A stretch of 64,000 nt of DNA from Candidatus Moraniibacteriota bacterium (lineage in GTDB: Bacteria > Patescibacteriota > Minisyncoccia > Moranbacterales > GCA-2747515), in assembly GCA_947311515.1 (NCBI GenBank), contig CAMZLB010000031.1:922-64921 (forward strand), given 5' to 3'. Each line of letters opens with the position of its first letter. The first letter of the stretch is position 1. Below, piece by piece: positions 30,325-40,802 of this stretch. Below the pieces are notes generated by a model. That model was given only the letters and a program-made list of their open reading frames with translations. It was not told where the DNA came from and ran no database searches. Position numbers and translations under genes: made by a program.

Positions 30325-32979
30325 TTATAGTTCTCCCCAGTGCTTACCTATTGCAACATCTACCACAAGTGGCACTTTTAATTTATAAACTCCTTCCATA
30401 ATTTTTTTTACATTCTCACTCACTTCTTTTATATTTTTTTCTGGTACTTCAAGTATTATTTCATCGTGAATCTGCAATACTATTTTTACTGAACCGTCCT
30501 TAAATTCATTTTGTAAATATTTATAAACTTCGATCATTGAGAGTTTCATAATATCAGCTGCAAGTCCTTGGACAGGCATATTTATAGCAGCTCTTTCACC
30601 CATCGCTCTAAGCATTGAATTTTTTGATTTTAGTTCAGGTGTGTATTTTCTCCGACCAAATATTGTTTCCACATAACCAAATTCATGTGCATTATCTTTT
30701 GTCTTATCTATATATTTCTTTATTCCATTAAATTTTTTGAAATATTCATCTACAAATTGTCTAGCTTTATCAATTTCTAAATTAGCATTCTTTGCAAAAC
30801 TCCTTATGCCCATTCCGTATATTAATCCAAAATTTAGCTCTTTCGCATTAAATCTCTCCTCCTTGGTTATTTCATTCATTTTTTTTCCCAAAACACTCGC
30901 AGAAGTAAAGGTGTGAATATCTACAGAATTATTGAATGCATTTATCATTTCAGAATCTTCTGCAATATGCGCTACACACCTCAAATCAATTTGAGAATAA
31001 TCAACCCCCATTAGAACATTTCCATCTTTAGACACAAAACACTCTCTTAAAGCCTTTCCTATTTCTGTTCTAACTGGTATATTTTGCAAATTTGGATTCG
31101 AAGATGACAATCTTCCTGTAGAAGTCACGACTTGATTGAATGTTGAGTGAATTCTTCCGTCAGATGCTACTAATTTTGGCAGAGTATCTATATAGGTAGT
31201 TTTTAATTTAAATAATTCCCTATAAAGTTCAATTTCTTTTATAATAGGATGTTTACTTCTTAATTTTTCAAGCTCACTAGCTGAAGTAGAATATCCCGTT
31301 TTTGTTTTCTTGATTCCTTTAGTTGATAAATTTAATTCGTCAAATAAAACTACTCTTAATTGTTTTGTCGAATTAATATTAAATTTCTTTTCTGCAAAAA
31401 CATATATATCAGATGTAAGCTTTGAAAGCATTGAATTTACCTGAATTGATTGTTTTTTGGCTACATCCTTATCAAATTTTATACCAGCTCTTTCCATGTT
31501 ATAAAGTACTTGTAGTATAGGTATTTCCATTTTATTTAAAAGTGTTTTAATATTTGCATTTTTATCCTGAGATTTGATTGTTTTTTCTATATCTTTTACA
31601 AATTGCTTATGCAATAAATAGATATCATTTGCTTTTTGAGAAATTATATTTATTTCAAATTTATTATCTCGAAAATCCAAAATTAACTGAGAATCTTTTT
31701 TAAAATACTCTCTATTCCTACCAAGGATATTAAAAACAAGTTGCTCAAAATCAATTTTTTTACCTGTATTCAAAACATAAGCTTCCAAAAGCACGTCAGA
31801 ATAAATGTTCACATGTTCAATTTTAACTTCATCACACAAATATTTAAAACTTTTTACATCATATGTAAAAAATTTAATTTTATTACTCCTAAGAAAATTT
31901 TTAATATCTATCTCTGAATTTTTGTTAAATGGGAAATAATATGATTTGTTTTCCAAAGATAAGCACACACCCTGCAACACAGAGTTATATATATCCAAAA
32001 CAATACTAACCTCATTGCCCTCTATTTGTTTCGCTATAGTATCTTGAATTTTATTTTTTTCTACTATTATATTTTCAAAGACCTCCTCCATCTCTTCTGT
32101 TTTAGGAAGTCTTTTTAATAAACTTTTAAATTCATATTTTTGGAACACCTTCCTTGCTCCACTCATAGAAATTTCAGAAATTTTAGCCTTTTCCAAATCC
32201 AATTCAATATCTAAGTCAATTTTTATTCTTCCAAGTTCTCTAGATAAAAATGCAATTTTCTTATCACTTATAAGCTTATTTCTAATACCTTTTTTAATTA
32301 AGTCATTATCAATATTTTTGTAAATCCCTTCTAATGTGCCAAATTTAGACAATAAACTCACAGCACCTTTATCTCCAATTCCTTTTATTCCTGGTATATC
32401 ATCACTAGAATCTCCCCTAATTCCTTTGTAGTCTATAACTTGCTCTGGTGTGATTCCCATTTTTTCTATAACTAATTCTCTATCGTACAAAAGCATGTCC
32501 TGAATGCCTCTGGACATAGTAAAAACACTTACATTATCATTTACTAATTGAAGAGTGTCTTTATCTCCTGTAACTACTATAGTATTTAAACCTTTTTGTG
32601 TAGCTTTTAGAGTCAGCGTTCCTATCACATCATCAGCTTCTACATTTTTCATTTTTTTAATAGAAATATTCATAGCACTTACAACTTCTTGAGTTAGTGC
32701 AAATTGTGGACCTAATTCTTCTGGGGTCTCCTTACGCTTTCCTTTGTAATCTGGAAACATTGTATGACGAAAATTTTTTCCCGATTCATCAAAAGCAGCT
32801 ATCAAATAATCTGGTTGAAATTTTTCCAAAACTGACAGCAATGTAGAAATAAATCCATAAACTGCATTTGTCTGAGTTCCGTCATCTAGAATTAGTGGTG
32901 GTATGGCATGAAAAGCTCTGTGTATAATAGCATTTCCATCAAGGATCATTAATGTTTTATTGTTATTTTTTTTATTCAT
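30325..32979 (-). CDS. polA: DNA polymerase I
   Basis: 5'-3' exonuclease (DGNA..HRAFHA, EADD) plus polymerase motifs TGRLSS.NPNLQNIP, DYSQIDLR and QIHDE. Confidence 0.98.
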   Translation of the reverse strand: MNKKNNNKTLMILDGNAIIHRAFHAIPPLILDDGTQTNAVYGFISTLLSVLEKFQPDYLIAAFDESGKNFRHTMFPDYKGKRKETPEELGPQFALTQEVVSAMNISIKKMKNVEADDVIGTLTLKATQKGLNTIVVTGDKDTLQLVNDNVSVFTMSRGIQDMLLYDRELVIEKMGITPEQVIDYKGIRGDSSDDIPGIKGIGDKGAVSLLSKFGTLEGIYKNIDNDLIKKGIRNKLISDKKIAFLSRELGRIKIDLDIELDLEKAKISEISMSGARKVFQKYEFKSLLKRLPKTEEMEEVFENIIVEKNKIQDTIAKQIEGNEVSIVLDIYNSVLQGVCLSLENKSYYFPFNKNSEIDIKNFLRSNKIKFFTYDVKSFKYLCDEVKIEHVNIYSDVLLEAYVLNTGKKIDFEQLVFNILGRNREYFKKDSQLILDFRDNKFEINIISQKANDIYLLHKQFVKDIEKTIKSQDKNANIKTLLNKMEIPILQVLYNMERAGIKFDKDVAKKQSIQVNSMLSKLTSDIYVFAEKKFNINSTKQLRVVLFDELNLSTKGIKKTKTGYSTSASELEKLRSKHPIIKEIELYRELFKLKTTYIDTLPKLVASDGRIHSTFNQVVTSTGRLSSSNPNLQNIPVRTEIGKALRECFVSKDGNVLMGVDYSQIDLRCVAHIAEDSEMINAFNNSVDIHTFTSASVLGKKMNEITKEERFNAKELNFGLIYGMGIRSFAKNANLEIDKARQFVDEYFKKFNGIKKYIDKTKDNAHEFGYVETIFGRRKYTPELKSKNSMLRAMGERAAINMPVQGLAADIMKLSMIEVYKYLQNEFKDGSVKIVLQIHDEIILEVPEKNIKEVSENVKKIMEGVYKLKVPLVVDVAIGKHWGEL

Positions 32980-33100
32980 AATATAATATTACCATATTTA
33001 CAAATAAATAGTACTTTACAAGAAACACTTATTACATTATAATATATACATGACTTTGTCATAATTGTTATTTAAAAATAAAAAATAAAAAGGATTAACC

Positions 33101-33817
33101 ATGCAAATAAATCATATATTATTTGACATAGACGGCTGTTTAACAACTAAAAAATATGAATCTTTAGACTTAAAAAGTCTAACCTACATAAAAGAACTAC
33201 TATATGAAATACATTGCTCAAAAAGTTTCTGTACAGGCAGAAGCCAGCCATATGTAGAACTAATGGGGCAAATATTAAACATAAAAGCCACAACGGTTCC
33301 AAATATTTTAGAGCATGGTTGTATTTTAAATACAACCACTGATAGTAGTGATTTTTGTGTTATAAATCCAAAAATAACACAAAAAAGCATATGGGAGATG
33401 AGACGCATAAGAGATACTTTAAGTAGGAATTCCAAATGCGTACTTGAACCTGGAAAAGAAATATCCTTATCTTTAAATCCTGTAACCACCATGGAGGACT
33501 TAGAGAAAGTTGTGAACAATATTCCTAATATTCATAACTTCAGTGTGAAGATATCAGCGGATTCCATTGATATCTCTCCAGAAGGGATATCAAAAGGAGG
33601 AGCAATCCTTGAGGTATTCAAAAATCCTAACGGCATACTTGCCATCGGAGACTCAGAGGGGGATCGAACTATGTTAGAAATAGTCGAATTCCCTGCATGT
33701 CCAGCAAACGCATCTCAAAGAATTAAAAAATTAGTTCTTTCAAGAAAGGGATACGTATCAAACAAAAACAATGCTGAAGGAGTTTTAGACATACTAAAAC
33801 ATTTCTTCACTCAATAG
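33101..33817 (+). CDS. HAD-superfamily hydrolase (Cof/PGP-like)
   Basis: FDIDGCLT, TGR, SKG.A and AIGDS..D...PANA motifs. Confidence 0.88.
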   Translation: MQINHILFDIDGCLTTKKYESLDLKSLTYIKELLYEIHCSKSFCTGRSQPYVELMGQILNIKATTVPNILEHGCILNTTTDSSDFCVINPKITQKSIWEMRRIRDTLSRNSKCVLEPGKEISLSLNPVTTMEDLEKVVNNIPNIHNFSVKISADSIDISPEGISKGGAILEVFKNPNGILAIGDSEGDRTMLEIVEFPACPANASQRIKKLVLSRKGYVSNKNNAEGVLDILKHFFTQ

Positions 33818-33841
33818 ACCCTTAATTTAATAGGGTCTATT
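33813..33841. terminator. Hairpin after the HAD gene
   Basis: AATAGACCCT / AGGGTCTATT inverted repeat. Confidence 0.6.
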
Positions 33842-33902
33842 ATATTGATTAAATCTATTATATTATATACAATATATATGATAATAAACTTAATGCCAAA
33901 CT

Positions 33903-34625
33903 ATGTCAGGACACAATAAATGGTCTTCAATCAAACATCGCAAAGGTGCTCAAGATGCGAAACGTTCAAAAATTTTTTCTCGTATAGCAAAAATGATAAT
34001 TGTCTCAGCTCAACAAGGCGGTGGGGATCCTGAAATGAATAATTCTTTAAAACTACTATTACTACAAGCAAGAAAAGCTAATATGCCTAAAGATAATATA
34101 GAAAGAGCTATAAAAAGAGGCACAGGAGAAGGTGGAGATATTATAAAATTTGAAGAGGTATCCTATGAAGCTATGGGACCTGATGGTTCTGCTATAATAA
34201 TAAATTGTACAACGGATAATACTAACAGAGCTTTAACCGAAGTAAAAATTGCTCTCAAAAAAAATGGTGGTAAATTTGTACCTAGTGGTAGTGTAAGTTT
34301 TCAGTTCAAACATTTAGGCCATATTGTTATATCTACAGATGATTTAGACAGTGCAGAGCTATCCGCTATAGAAGCAGGTGCTGAAGATATAGAAAGAGGT
34401 GAAAATGAGCTCTTAGTAATAACAGAGCCAACAGAATTACATACAATTCGTGAAAATTTAGAAAAAGATGGATTTACGATAGAAAAAGCTGAACTTACTT
34501 ATACTTCACAACAACCTGTAATTTTATCTGAAGCTTCCTTAGAATCATTCATCAAGCTCAAAGAAGCTCTTGAAGATGTTGATGATGTTCAAGATATTTT
34601 CGACAACGTAACCAATTCTAACTAA
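33903..34625 (+). CDS. yebC: YebC/PmpR family protein
   Basis: MSGHNKWSSIKHRKG, NMPKDNIERAI, YE..GP.G and TDNTNR motifs. Confidence 0.96.
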   Translation: MSGHNKWSSIKHRKGAQDAKRSKIFSRIAKMIIVSAQQGGGDPEMNNSLKLLLLQARKANMPKDNIERAIKRGTGEGGDIIKFEEVSYEAMGPDGSAIIINCTTDNTNRALTEVKIALKKNGGKFVPSGSVSFQFKHLGHIVISTDDLDSAELSAIEAGAEDIERGENELLVITEPTELHTIRENLEKDGFTIEKAELTYTSQQPVILSEASLESFIKLKEALEDVDDVQDIFDNVTNSN

Positions 34626-34638
34626 GATTTGTTCAATA

Positions 34639-36396
34639 CTATTGCATCTCGTATATTCCCATATCAACCGTCAAAACACTATCACCATCTCCGTCTATAA
34701 TTCTAGTATTTTCATCTGCGTCAAAAACTGGTAAACCAATTAAAGCAGTATTATCCCCTGAATCAATTGCAGGCGAGGAACTTAAAGTATGATAATCATC
34801 AATTGCTTGGAATAACGGATCACATGATAGTAATTTAATTCCTGTTGGCAAAGTAAATCCATTATTCCAAAAAAGCGAATTTGAAAAATTAAAATTTAGT
34901 GGGTAAGTTCCTGCTTGATAATTTGTTATATTTGTAACTATACTATTTATCATCTTATTTAAATTGTTAGTTCTGTCTGTATCAAAAAGATAATTACCAC
35001 CATCTATTGTGCAATTTACAAAACTATTGTCATATACTTCAGATTCTCTGTTGTAATCCATAAAATTAATAACAGCTCCTATCGTATCCTTAAAAAGACT
35101 ATTGTAAAATATATTATTATTTCCAGTATACATTGCATCATCATCTTCACCTATAACATCTAAAAAAATTACAGCGGAATATGTACCAATAGTTTTTACA
35201 TTTTCAAATAAATTATTATTTGCTCCATCTCTGACCACGAATCCGTCACCGCCTATTGCTGTGCAGTTTTTAAATATATTATTTTGTACTCCACTATGTC
35301 TGACATAAAATGCCGCATTATCTAAATTTTTTGCGATACAATTCTCTATTAAGTTTCCTTCGCCAATCCCTTTTATACCAATACCCGCTCCTCCATGATC
35401 CAAATTTCCAACACGCTCAATATAAGAATTTTTTACCACATTATTATTTCCATGTATATGAATATAATAATCAGTAGAAGCGTCATACTCATCATCGTCA
35501 CAATAAACTTTTACACTATCCAATGTATTATTATCTCCATATATATCAATTCCCTCTGAACCACCATTTACTATAATTGAATTTTTTATAAGATTTTCAC
35601 TTCCATGATTCATATTAATTCCACTACCTGAATATCCATGAATATCTCCAAATGTTTTTCCTATAATGTTTTCTACAAAATTATACTTTGTTTCAGTAGA
35701 CCACCAATGAACTCCTACTTCATAATTTGTAATTTGAAAATTTTTGATATGTACATATTTGTTACCACTCAATTCAAAAGCTACTCCAGATGTTCTATCT
35801 CCTCCATTAAGCGTAGGCATAACGGATGAGTTTACACCATCTCCATATTGCCACCAATCATTTCCAATCACATCCCCAGGGTATAACTTACACCCTTCAA
35901 ATGTAATATTTTTAGATTCTGACACTCCACTATTTGCAAATGTTATATTTTCACTTCCATAATTTCCTGATTTCACATATACAATATCACCTGCATTCAA
36001 TGTTTGAGCTGCATTCTGAATAGTTTTCCATGGAGCATCTACAGATAATCCATCATTTAAATCACTACCTTCTGTGTCAACATAATAAACATTTTGATAA
36101 TGTGCTTCACACCATTGCGTACCGTCCATACTAAGACCTAATGACTCTCTGAGTATTAACTGTGCGTCTACCGTATTAGACACACCATCGCAATTAACAT
36201 CTCCAGTTACAAAAGAATTTTTCCAATCAGTCGATGACATATCCAAATTTAATGACTTTCTCAAAACAAGTATAGCATCCATTGAATTAGTACTTGAATC
36301 AAAATTCACATCATGTCTTATAGAAAAGGCACTTACTTCATTAAATGAAAATATTATTGCAAACACGATACATAAGATAGATATCCTTAGAAGCAT
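34639..36396 (-). CDS. Secreted protein with a dockerin-like duplication and a right-handed beta-helix
   Basis: Signal peptide, DVNFD...SMDAILVLR and GDVNCDG...VDAQLILR, YYV...GSD.NDG....PWKTIQ, Asn-rich repeats, C-terminal SPAID.G...DMGIYE. Confidence 0.8.
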   Translation of the reverse strand: MLLRISILCIVFAIIFSFNEVSAFSIRHDVNFDSSTNSMDAILVLRKSLNLDMSSTDWKNSFVTGDVNCDGVSNTVDAQLILRESLGLSMDGTQWCEAHYQNVYYVDTEGSDLNDGLSVDAPWKTIQNAAQTLNAGDIVYVKSGNYGSENITFANSGVSESKNITFEGCKLYPGDVIGNDWWQYGDGVNSSVMPTLNGGDRTSGVAFELSGNKYVHIKNFQITNYEVGVHWWSTETKYNFVENIIGKTFGDIHGYSGSGINMNHGSENLIKNSIIVNGGSEGIDIYGDNNTLDSVKVYCDDDEYDASTDYYIHIHGNNNVVKNSYIERVGNLDHGGAGIGIKGIGEGNLIENCIAKNLDNAAFYVRHSGVQNNIFKNCTAIGGDGFVVRDGANNNLFENVKTIGTYSAVIFLDVIGEDDDAMYTGNNNIFYNSLFKDTIGAVINFMDYNRESEVYDNSFVNCTIDGGNYLFDTDRTNNLNKMINSIVTNITNYQAGTYPLNFNFSNSLFWNNGFTLPTGIKLLSCDPLFQAIDDYHTLSSSPAIDSGDNTALIGLPVFDADENTRIIDGDGDSVLTVDMGIYEMQ

Positions 36397-36429
36397 AATA
36401 ATTAATATACATTTATTTTTAATATATTT

Positions 36430-37059
36430 TCAAGTTCTTTTAAACCTATTCACGTCATTCTTTATCATATTTATAATTTCTGGAAATTTTTCTACTCTGA
36501 AATGTCCATTTTTATCATTATATGTAAAAAATTTAGCATTATTTAATTTCTCTTCATAAGCATCTTTGTTAACAATAGGTACAATATCATCATCTTCTGA
36601 AAATAATAGGTACAAATTCTTTGCACAACTATCTAATTTAGATAGTTCCTTACCTAATATAAATCCACCACACGTTAAGTGATCCGACAATCCTTCACCA
36701 AACGGCGGAGCTATCAGGAATACAGATAATATATATTTTGGAAATTTATTTTCTGATAAATATTTTGCAAGAAATATTCCTCCTAGGGAGCATCCAATCA
36801 AAATTACATTATCCTCAAGTAATATGAAAAATCTTTCAAAATTAATTTTCCACTCTTCATATTTAGCATTTTCTCTTAGTGGCATTCTTGGACTTATAAT
36901 ATCAAAACACTTACCCAACTCATAACTTAAATATTCCTGATTCCATTTCTTTTTTTCCTGACTTGATATATTTCTTGTTTTTAAATAATTTAAATAATCA
37001 CTTTCTCTCTTAAAAACTGTTCCTCCGTGAATAAAAAATATTTGTGTTTTTTTCTCCAT
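36430..37059 (-). CDS. Alpha/beta hydrolase, RBBP9/YdeN-like
   Basis: FIHGG, GCSLGG nucleophile elbow, S.DD.IVP and GHF motifs. Confidence 0.88.
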   Translation of the reverse strand: MEKKTQIFFIHGGTVFKRESDYLNYLKTRNISSQEKKKWNQEYLSYELGKCFDIISPRMPLRENAKYEEWKINFERFFILLEDNVILIGCSLGGIFLAKYLSENKFPKYILSVFLIAPPFGEGLSDHLTCGGFILGKELSKLDSCAKNLYLLFSEDDDIVPIVNKDAYEEKLNNAKFFTYNDKNGHFRVEKFPEIINMIKNDVNRFKRT

Positions 37060-37149
37060 AGTTTTTTAAATGATGTCTAAAATAAACTTGTCCCTAAATA
37101 AGCTTTTAAAGGAAATTTGATGAATTCTTGCTACAGAGCTATTAAAAAA

Positions 37150-37555
37150 TTATTAATAATTCCCCATAGTTATTAACAGATAAATCTTCTGTACTGCAAT
37201 AATCATAGTAAGTTTACTGATTCCAAAAAAGCCTCAAAATGGTGATGTTCTGTAATATAGCAATTTACAACAACTTTAAACTTATTAACTCCATACTTTT
37301 CTAAAAATTCTAGTAAATTTATTATTCTTATACCTATATTTATAATAGTACAATTATCATTATATACAAAACATTCTTCTAATCCATCTACAAGTAATTC
37401 ATCTATCTCTATAGCAATAACCCTTTTGCCAGTTTAAAAAAGTTTTTTACTAGAGTTAATTCTCCTATATTATAACTTAACCCTCCAATACATCTTAACA
37501 TATACTATGTCTTCCAAGATGCCTTCATCATATAAAAATTTTATCTAATAGATTT
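37150..37555 (-). pseudogene. Degenerate second copy of rsmA
   Basis: Colinear similarity to 39196-39965 with an internal deletion; 37375-37420 is identical to 39773-39818 (46 bp). Confidence 0.85.
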
Positions 37556-37726
37556 ATAATACTAGTAATTATTCTAAATAAATCTATAATTAATAAGCTT
37601 AAAGATACCTATCTTTAAGAGATGACAAAATAAAACATTTAAAAACTTCGGAAGCAGATAAAAAATGCAAATAGACTTTTTTTATTAAAATGTTATTATT
37701 AAAATAATAAAAATTTAAAAATTAGT

Positions 37727-38941
37727 ATGTTTAAACCAGAATTAAACTTAGCAAAGCAAATAATTGATAAATATGGCACACCTATTTATGTTACAGATAC
37801 ACAAACCATAAAAGATAAATCTAGCTTAATAAAAAATGCATTTTCTAACTTAAATATGAAAATTTTTTATGCTATAAAAGCTAACTTTAATCCTCATATA
37901 GTAAAAATAATAAAAAATAGTGGAATTTATGGAATTGATGCTGTATCAGTAAATGAAATTATATTAGCTCTTGAACTAGGATACACTTCAGAACAAATAA
38001 TTTTTACACCAAGTAATCCAAGTGATGATGATATGCTACAAGTTGGAAAATTAAATATATTACAAAATTTAGGGTCTATTTCTGAAATAAAAAGATTTGG
38101 AAAAATGTTTAAAGGATGTGAGATATCCATAAGAATTTGTCCAGAACTAGGTGCTGGAGAATCTAAAAAAGTTACAACTGGAAATATAGAAAGTAAATTT
38201 GGTTTATCAATTAGTGAGATAGACAAAGTAAAAACTATATGTAATAAATATAATATAAAAATAGTTGGCATTCATAGTCATATTGGATCTGGATTTTATA
38301 ATTCAAAAATTTTTAAACAATCTGTTACCGCAGTTTGTAATATAGCTAAAAAATTTAAATATATTAAATTTTTAGATTTTGGAGGTGGTTTTGGAGTTCA
38401 ATATAATCCAAATAACATTCCTATTAATTTAAACGATTTTGCAACTTCTATAAAATATACTATTAATAAATTTACAAAATCTTATAAACATCCAATAGAA
38501 TTAAGAATTGAACCTGGTAAATTTTTAGTATCTCAATCTACTGTCTTATTAACAAGAATAACCACTATAAAAGAAAAAGGTAATATAACCTTTGTTGGAG
38601 TTGATTCTGGATTTCACAATCTAATTCGTCCTGCTATGTATAATGCCTATCATCATATTATAAATTTATCGAAACAAAATAAAAATAAAAAGTTAGTTCA
38701 AGTCGTAGGAAATGTATGTGAATCTGGTGATATTTTTAATAAAAAAATTAAACTCAATGATCCACAGGAAGGCGATATACTAGCCATATTAACTACAGGA
38801 GGTTATGGCAGTAGTATGAGTTCAAACTATAATCTACATAACTTTGCTCCAGAAGTTTTAGTTACAGATAGAAAATTCAAACTAATAAAGAAAAAACAAA
38901 CTTTTGAGCAAATTATGTCTAACTTTATTGACTATAAGTAA
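37727..38941 (+). CDS. lysA: Diaminopimelate decarboxylase
   Basis: YGTPIYV, FYAIKAN, SKFG, HSHIGS, DFGGG, EPGKF, RPAMY, CESGD and MSSNYN motifs. Confidence 0.95.
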   Translation: MFKPELNLAKQIIDKYGTPIYVTDTQTIKDKSSLIKNAFSNLNMKIFYAIKANFNPHIVKIIKNSGIYGIDAVSVNEIILALELGYTSEQIIFTPSNPSDDDMLQVGKLNILQNLGSISEIKRFGKMFKGCEISIRICPELGAGESKKVTTGNIESKFGLSISEIDKVKTICNKYNIKIVGIHSHIGSGFYNSKIFKQSVTAVCNIAKKFKYIKFLDFGGGFGVQYNPNNIPINLNDFATSIKYTINKFTKSYKHPIELRIEPGKFLVSQSTVLLTRITTIKEKGNITFVGVDSGFHNLIRPAMYNAYHHIINLSKQNKNKKLVQVVGNVCESGDIFNKKIKLNDPQEGDILAILTTGGYGSSMSSNYNLHNFAPEVLVTDRKFKLIKKKQTFEQIMSNFIDYK

Positions 38942-39195
38942 CTTATGCGCAAATTATACATATTTCATGTTTGACAATATTTTTATTTTGTTTATGGTCT
39001 AATTGAGAGATTGCAAGTAATTTCAAATAATAGAGTAAGAATTATTTTTGTACTTTATTAATTAAAATGTAAAAGTAGCTTTCTTTCTGCTAATAACCAA
39101 AAAACTACAAACTATTTTCTTTATTTTTATGAGAATCTATCTAAAATCTATTGTTTTTTCGAAATTTTCGTATTTTTAGACAGGTTCTAAAAAAA

Positions 39196-39987
39196 TTATA
39201 ATATTTTATATAATTCTTTCCACTTATTAACAGATAATTCTTGTGCTCTAACTGTTGACTTAAGATTTATTGATGCTAGTTTTTTTTCTATAATCAATTT
39301 ATCTAATTTCAAGCTATTTGATAAATTGTTTACAAGTTTTTTTCTCTTTGCACAAAAACCTGACTTCACAATTTTAAAAAACTTTTTCTCATCAACTTTT
39401 TCAAATTTTCTAATTATAGTTGATATTTTTATAACAGCACTATCTACTTTTGGAATTGGCTCAAATGACTCAGCTTTAACTGTAAATAAATACTCTGGCA
39501 ACCCATAAAATTGCACAGAAACTGCAAGAATACTCATATCCCCAACTCTAGCACATATACGTTCAGCAACCTCCTTCTGCACCATAACAATCATATCTGT
39601 AGGCTGAGTAATTAATTCCAAAAAAAGTCTCAAGATTGATGACGTTATATAGTAGGGCAAATTTGCAACAACTTTATATTTATCAATTGCATACTTTTCT
39701 AAAAGTTCTGGTAAATTTATCCTTCTTATGTCTGCATTTATTATAGTACAATTATCATTATACTCAAAACGCTCTTCTAATCCATCTACAAGTAATTCAT
39801 CTATCTCTATAGCAATAATCCTTGCACCAGTCTGCACAAGTTTTTCAGTCAGAACTCCTCCTCCTGGACCAATTTCTATTATAACTTCATCTTCTGATAT
39901 ATCTGAAACATCTATCATATCCTCTAAAACACCTTCATCATGCAAAAAATGTTGTCCAAGAGATTTTTTATGTTTAATTTTTTTCAT
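39196..39987 (-). CDS. rsmA: 16S rRNA adenine dimethyltransferase
   Basis: KKSLGQHFL, EIGPG.G.LT, ANLPYYITS, MVQKEVAERI and PKVDSA motifs. Confidence 0.97.
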   Translation of the reverse strand: MKKIKHKKSLGQHFLHDEGVLEDMIDVSDISEDEVIIEIGPGGGVLTEKLVQTGARIIAIEIDELLVDGLEERFEYNDNCTIINADIRRINLPELLEKYAIDKYKVVANLPYYITSSILRLFLELITQPTDMIVMVQKEVAERICARVGDMSILAVSVQFYGLPEYLFTVKAESFEPIPKVDSAVIKISTIIRKFEKVDEKKFFKIVKSGFCAKRKKLVNNLSNSLKLDKLIIEKKLASINLKSTVRAQELSVNKWKELYKIL

Positions 39988-40018
39988 TATATTTTATCTA
40001 ATTTTTCAAAAAAGAAAA

Positions 40019-40141
40019 AAGAGATTGGGTTTTGTGTGTAGTTTTGGTTGATGATGGAGATGGGGTTACTTCTGTACTATATTTAAATAAAGTACACAAG
40101 TAACCTCCTCTCCAATCATTTCAAACTACTTCCAATCTCTT
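40019..40141 (-). ncRNA. Candidate ~125-nt rod-shaped RNA (sRNA or rsmA leader)
   Basis: Long interrupted inverted repeat starting at the predicted start site of a consensus promoter and followed by a U-tract. Confidence 0.55.
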
Positions 40142-40147
40142 AATTAC

Positions 40148-40204
40148 ATTATAAATAACTATGTTATCCTTGTCAATAAGATTTTGTGGATAAACTGTGC
40201 ATAA
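40148..40204 (-). promoter_or_regulatory. Consensus sigma70 promoter TTGACA-17-TATAAT with two adjacent DnaA boxes
   Basis: -10 at 40148-40153, -35 at 40171-40176; TTATCCACA at 40185-40193 and TTATGCACA at 40196-40204. Confidence 0.75.
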
Positions 40205-40205
40205 C

Positions 40206-40799
40206 TTATCTTATAATTTTATCAACTAATCCATACTTAACAGCTTCCTTAGCGTCTAGATAATTATCTCTATCTGTATCTTTTTCTATTTTCGAAACTT
40301 TTTTCCCAGTATGTTTCGCTAGAAGCTTATTTAATAAACTTCTAGTTTTCAAAATATGTTTTGCATGTATATCTATATCACTAGCCTGTCCTTGTGTGCC
40401 TCCTAGTGGCTGATGAATCATAACTTCTGCATGAGGTAATATCTTGCGCTTACCCTTTGCTCCAGAAGTCAGCAAAAAAGCTCCAGCACTAGCTGCCATA
40501 CCCACGCAAACAGTAGAAACATCTGGCTTTATATGCTGAATAGTGTCATACATTGCAAGAGCACTAGAAACTGAACCTCCTGGTGAATTTATATACAAAG
40601 TTATATCTTCCCTAGGGTCCTGAGCTGTCAAAAATAGTAGCTGAGCTATAATTATATTAGCCACTTCATCATTTATCTCACCTGTAAGAAATATAATCCT
40701 ATCCTTAAGGAGTCTAGAATATATATCATATACTCGTTCCATATTTCCAGACTTTTCTATTACAGTTGGTATAAGATAGTTACTGTTTTGTTGTATCAT
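40206..40799 (-). CDS. clpP: ATP-dependent Clp protease proteolytic subunit
   Basis: [30 protein letters not shown] and DTDRD motifs. Confidence 0.98.
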   Translation of the reverse strand: MIQQNSNYLIPTVIEKSGNMERVYDIYSRLLKDRIIFLTGEINDEVANIIIAQLLFLTAQDPREDITLYINSPGGSVSSALAMYDTIQHIKPDVSTVCVGMAASAGAFLLTSGAKGKRKILPHAEVMIHQPLGGTQGQASDIDIHAKHILKTRSLLNKLLAKHTGKKVSKIEKDTDRDNYLDAKEAVKYGLVDKIIR

Positions 40800-40802
40800 A
40801 CT

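Noticed and set aside
40185-40204. Replication origin
   Set aside because: Only two DnaA boxes, no dnaA/dnaN nearby and no switch in gene-strand bias; treated as a regulatory site.
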